This document shows positions 63,120 to 64,000 of a DNA stretch of 64,000 nt, one piece after another. A program made the position numbers and the translations under genes. Origin of the DNA: Daphnia carinata (Eukaryota); NCBI RefSeq assembly GCF_022539665.2, contig NC_081332.1, positions 4,960,001 to 5,024,000 of the forward strand, read 5' to 3'. The notes below the pieces were generated by a model. It did not search any database. It had not been told where the DNA came from and saw only the letters and a list, made by a program, of their open reading frames with translations. Each line of letters opens with the position of its first letter. Positions within the stretch are counted from its first letter, which is position 1.

Positions 63120-64000
63120 TGCGGGAAGGTCTTATTTGATCTTTAAACGCGGGCAAAGCGTCGCGATAAGATACCTTTTTGTACTGTACGTGTATACGAC
63201 TCGTAACGGCGCTATGTGTTTGTTATCTATATGCCATGTCGTGGCATTTTCCCGGTCGCTTTTTCTTTTCCGTCGCAACGAGCGTCTCCGGAGCTGGCAG
63301 ACAGCCTGGCTCCAGTTCCCTTGAATATTGACACTTCAACCCTCCCTCCCCCCCATCTATACCACCCTACACACAACACCCTAAGAGAGGACGTTTACAG
63401 CAACCTACGCACAAGTGTCAATGTCAATTTTTGTTTTCGAAATAGAGTGACACAAGCTAAATGTCAATCCCGATCACATATTCCAACGACTGATAGATTC
63501 AAAATCCAATTTTCTTTAATTAGTTAAAGAAAAAATGGGTCCCGTTTCCCTTCATCATTTGACTATTTGAACGAGTTTTTAGAGCTAAAAATAAGACCAA
63601 CTTTTTAGAGGTGGACGCAGAGAAACGGATCGCGTGATGTTGACCTACACTCTAAAGAAAATAAAAAGCACAAGAAGAAGAAGAAGATGAAAGAATCTCT
63701 GTTAAAGTGATGGTTGAGAACGTTCTAAGCTAAAACAAATAGACACAGGAATCCCTCTCTCTCTCTCTGTGGCTGATGTTGGGAGGGTAGCATTTGTTTG
63801 CTCTTAACAGAGTCGACAAAGAGGAGGGGAGTGGGGTGTGCACGACATACAATCACAGGTAAGAAATACGTAGCTCCAGACTGCGTGGCGCCACATCTAA
63901 AATCAACAAAAACTTATTTCAGGGGGGTGTCCATTGCCTAATAGAGTGGGGTGGGAAAGAAGGCCAGTATGTGTGAACGCAATGCTTTACGGATATCTGA

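Noticed and set aside
1..64000. Most 60-170 aa ORFs in the supplied track (poly-K, poly-F, HTHT, CVCV)
   Set aside because: They are translations of A/T homopolymers and microsatellites, with no splice-consistent structure or protein motifs.

Overview
Eukaryotic, intron-containing arthropod DNA. The many 60-130 nt introns and long A/T homopolymers suggest a Daphnia-like crustacean (inference). Exons were assembled by hand from GT-AG sites and checked for phase continuity. Left to right: (1) 1-16.6 kb is mostly non-coding and holds two candidate alternative signal-peptide first exons (minus strand) of an unidentified gene whose body lies left of the window; (2) a complete 7-exon EPHX3/EPHX4-type epoxide hydrolase (minus, 21876-25877); (3) a complete 25-exon flamingo/starry night (CELSR) adhesion GPCR (plus, 29422-52617, about 3131 aa); (4) two candidate divergent spliced transcripts at 54-56 kb, one with a 47-aa signal-peptide-like sORF; (5) a compact minus-strand cluster of ZUP1/ZUFSP, a secreted DM4/DM12-like protein and an FDX1-type adrenodoxin. 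I found no CRISPR, rRNA, tRNA or intact transposon, and no clearly new multi-gene system. The best leads are a predicted non-cleavable Flamingo GPS site, oriented CTCF-like motifs bracketing flamingo, A-tract 3' splice sites, the alternative leader exons and the small-peptide candidate.
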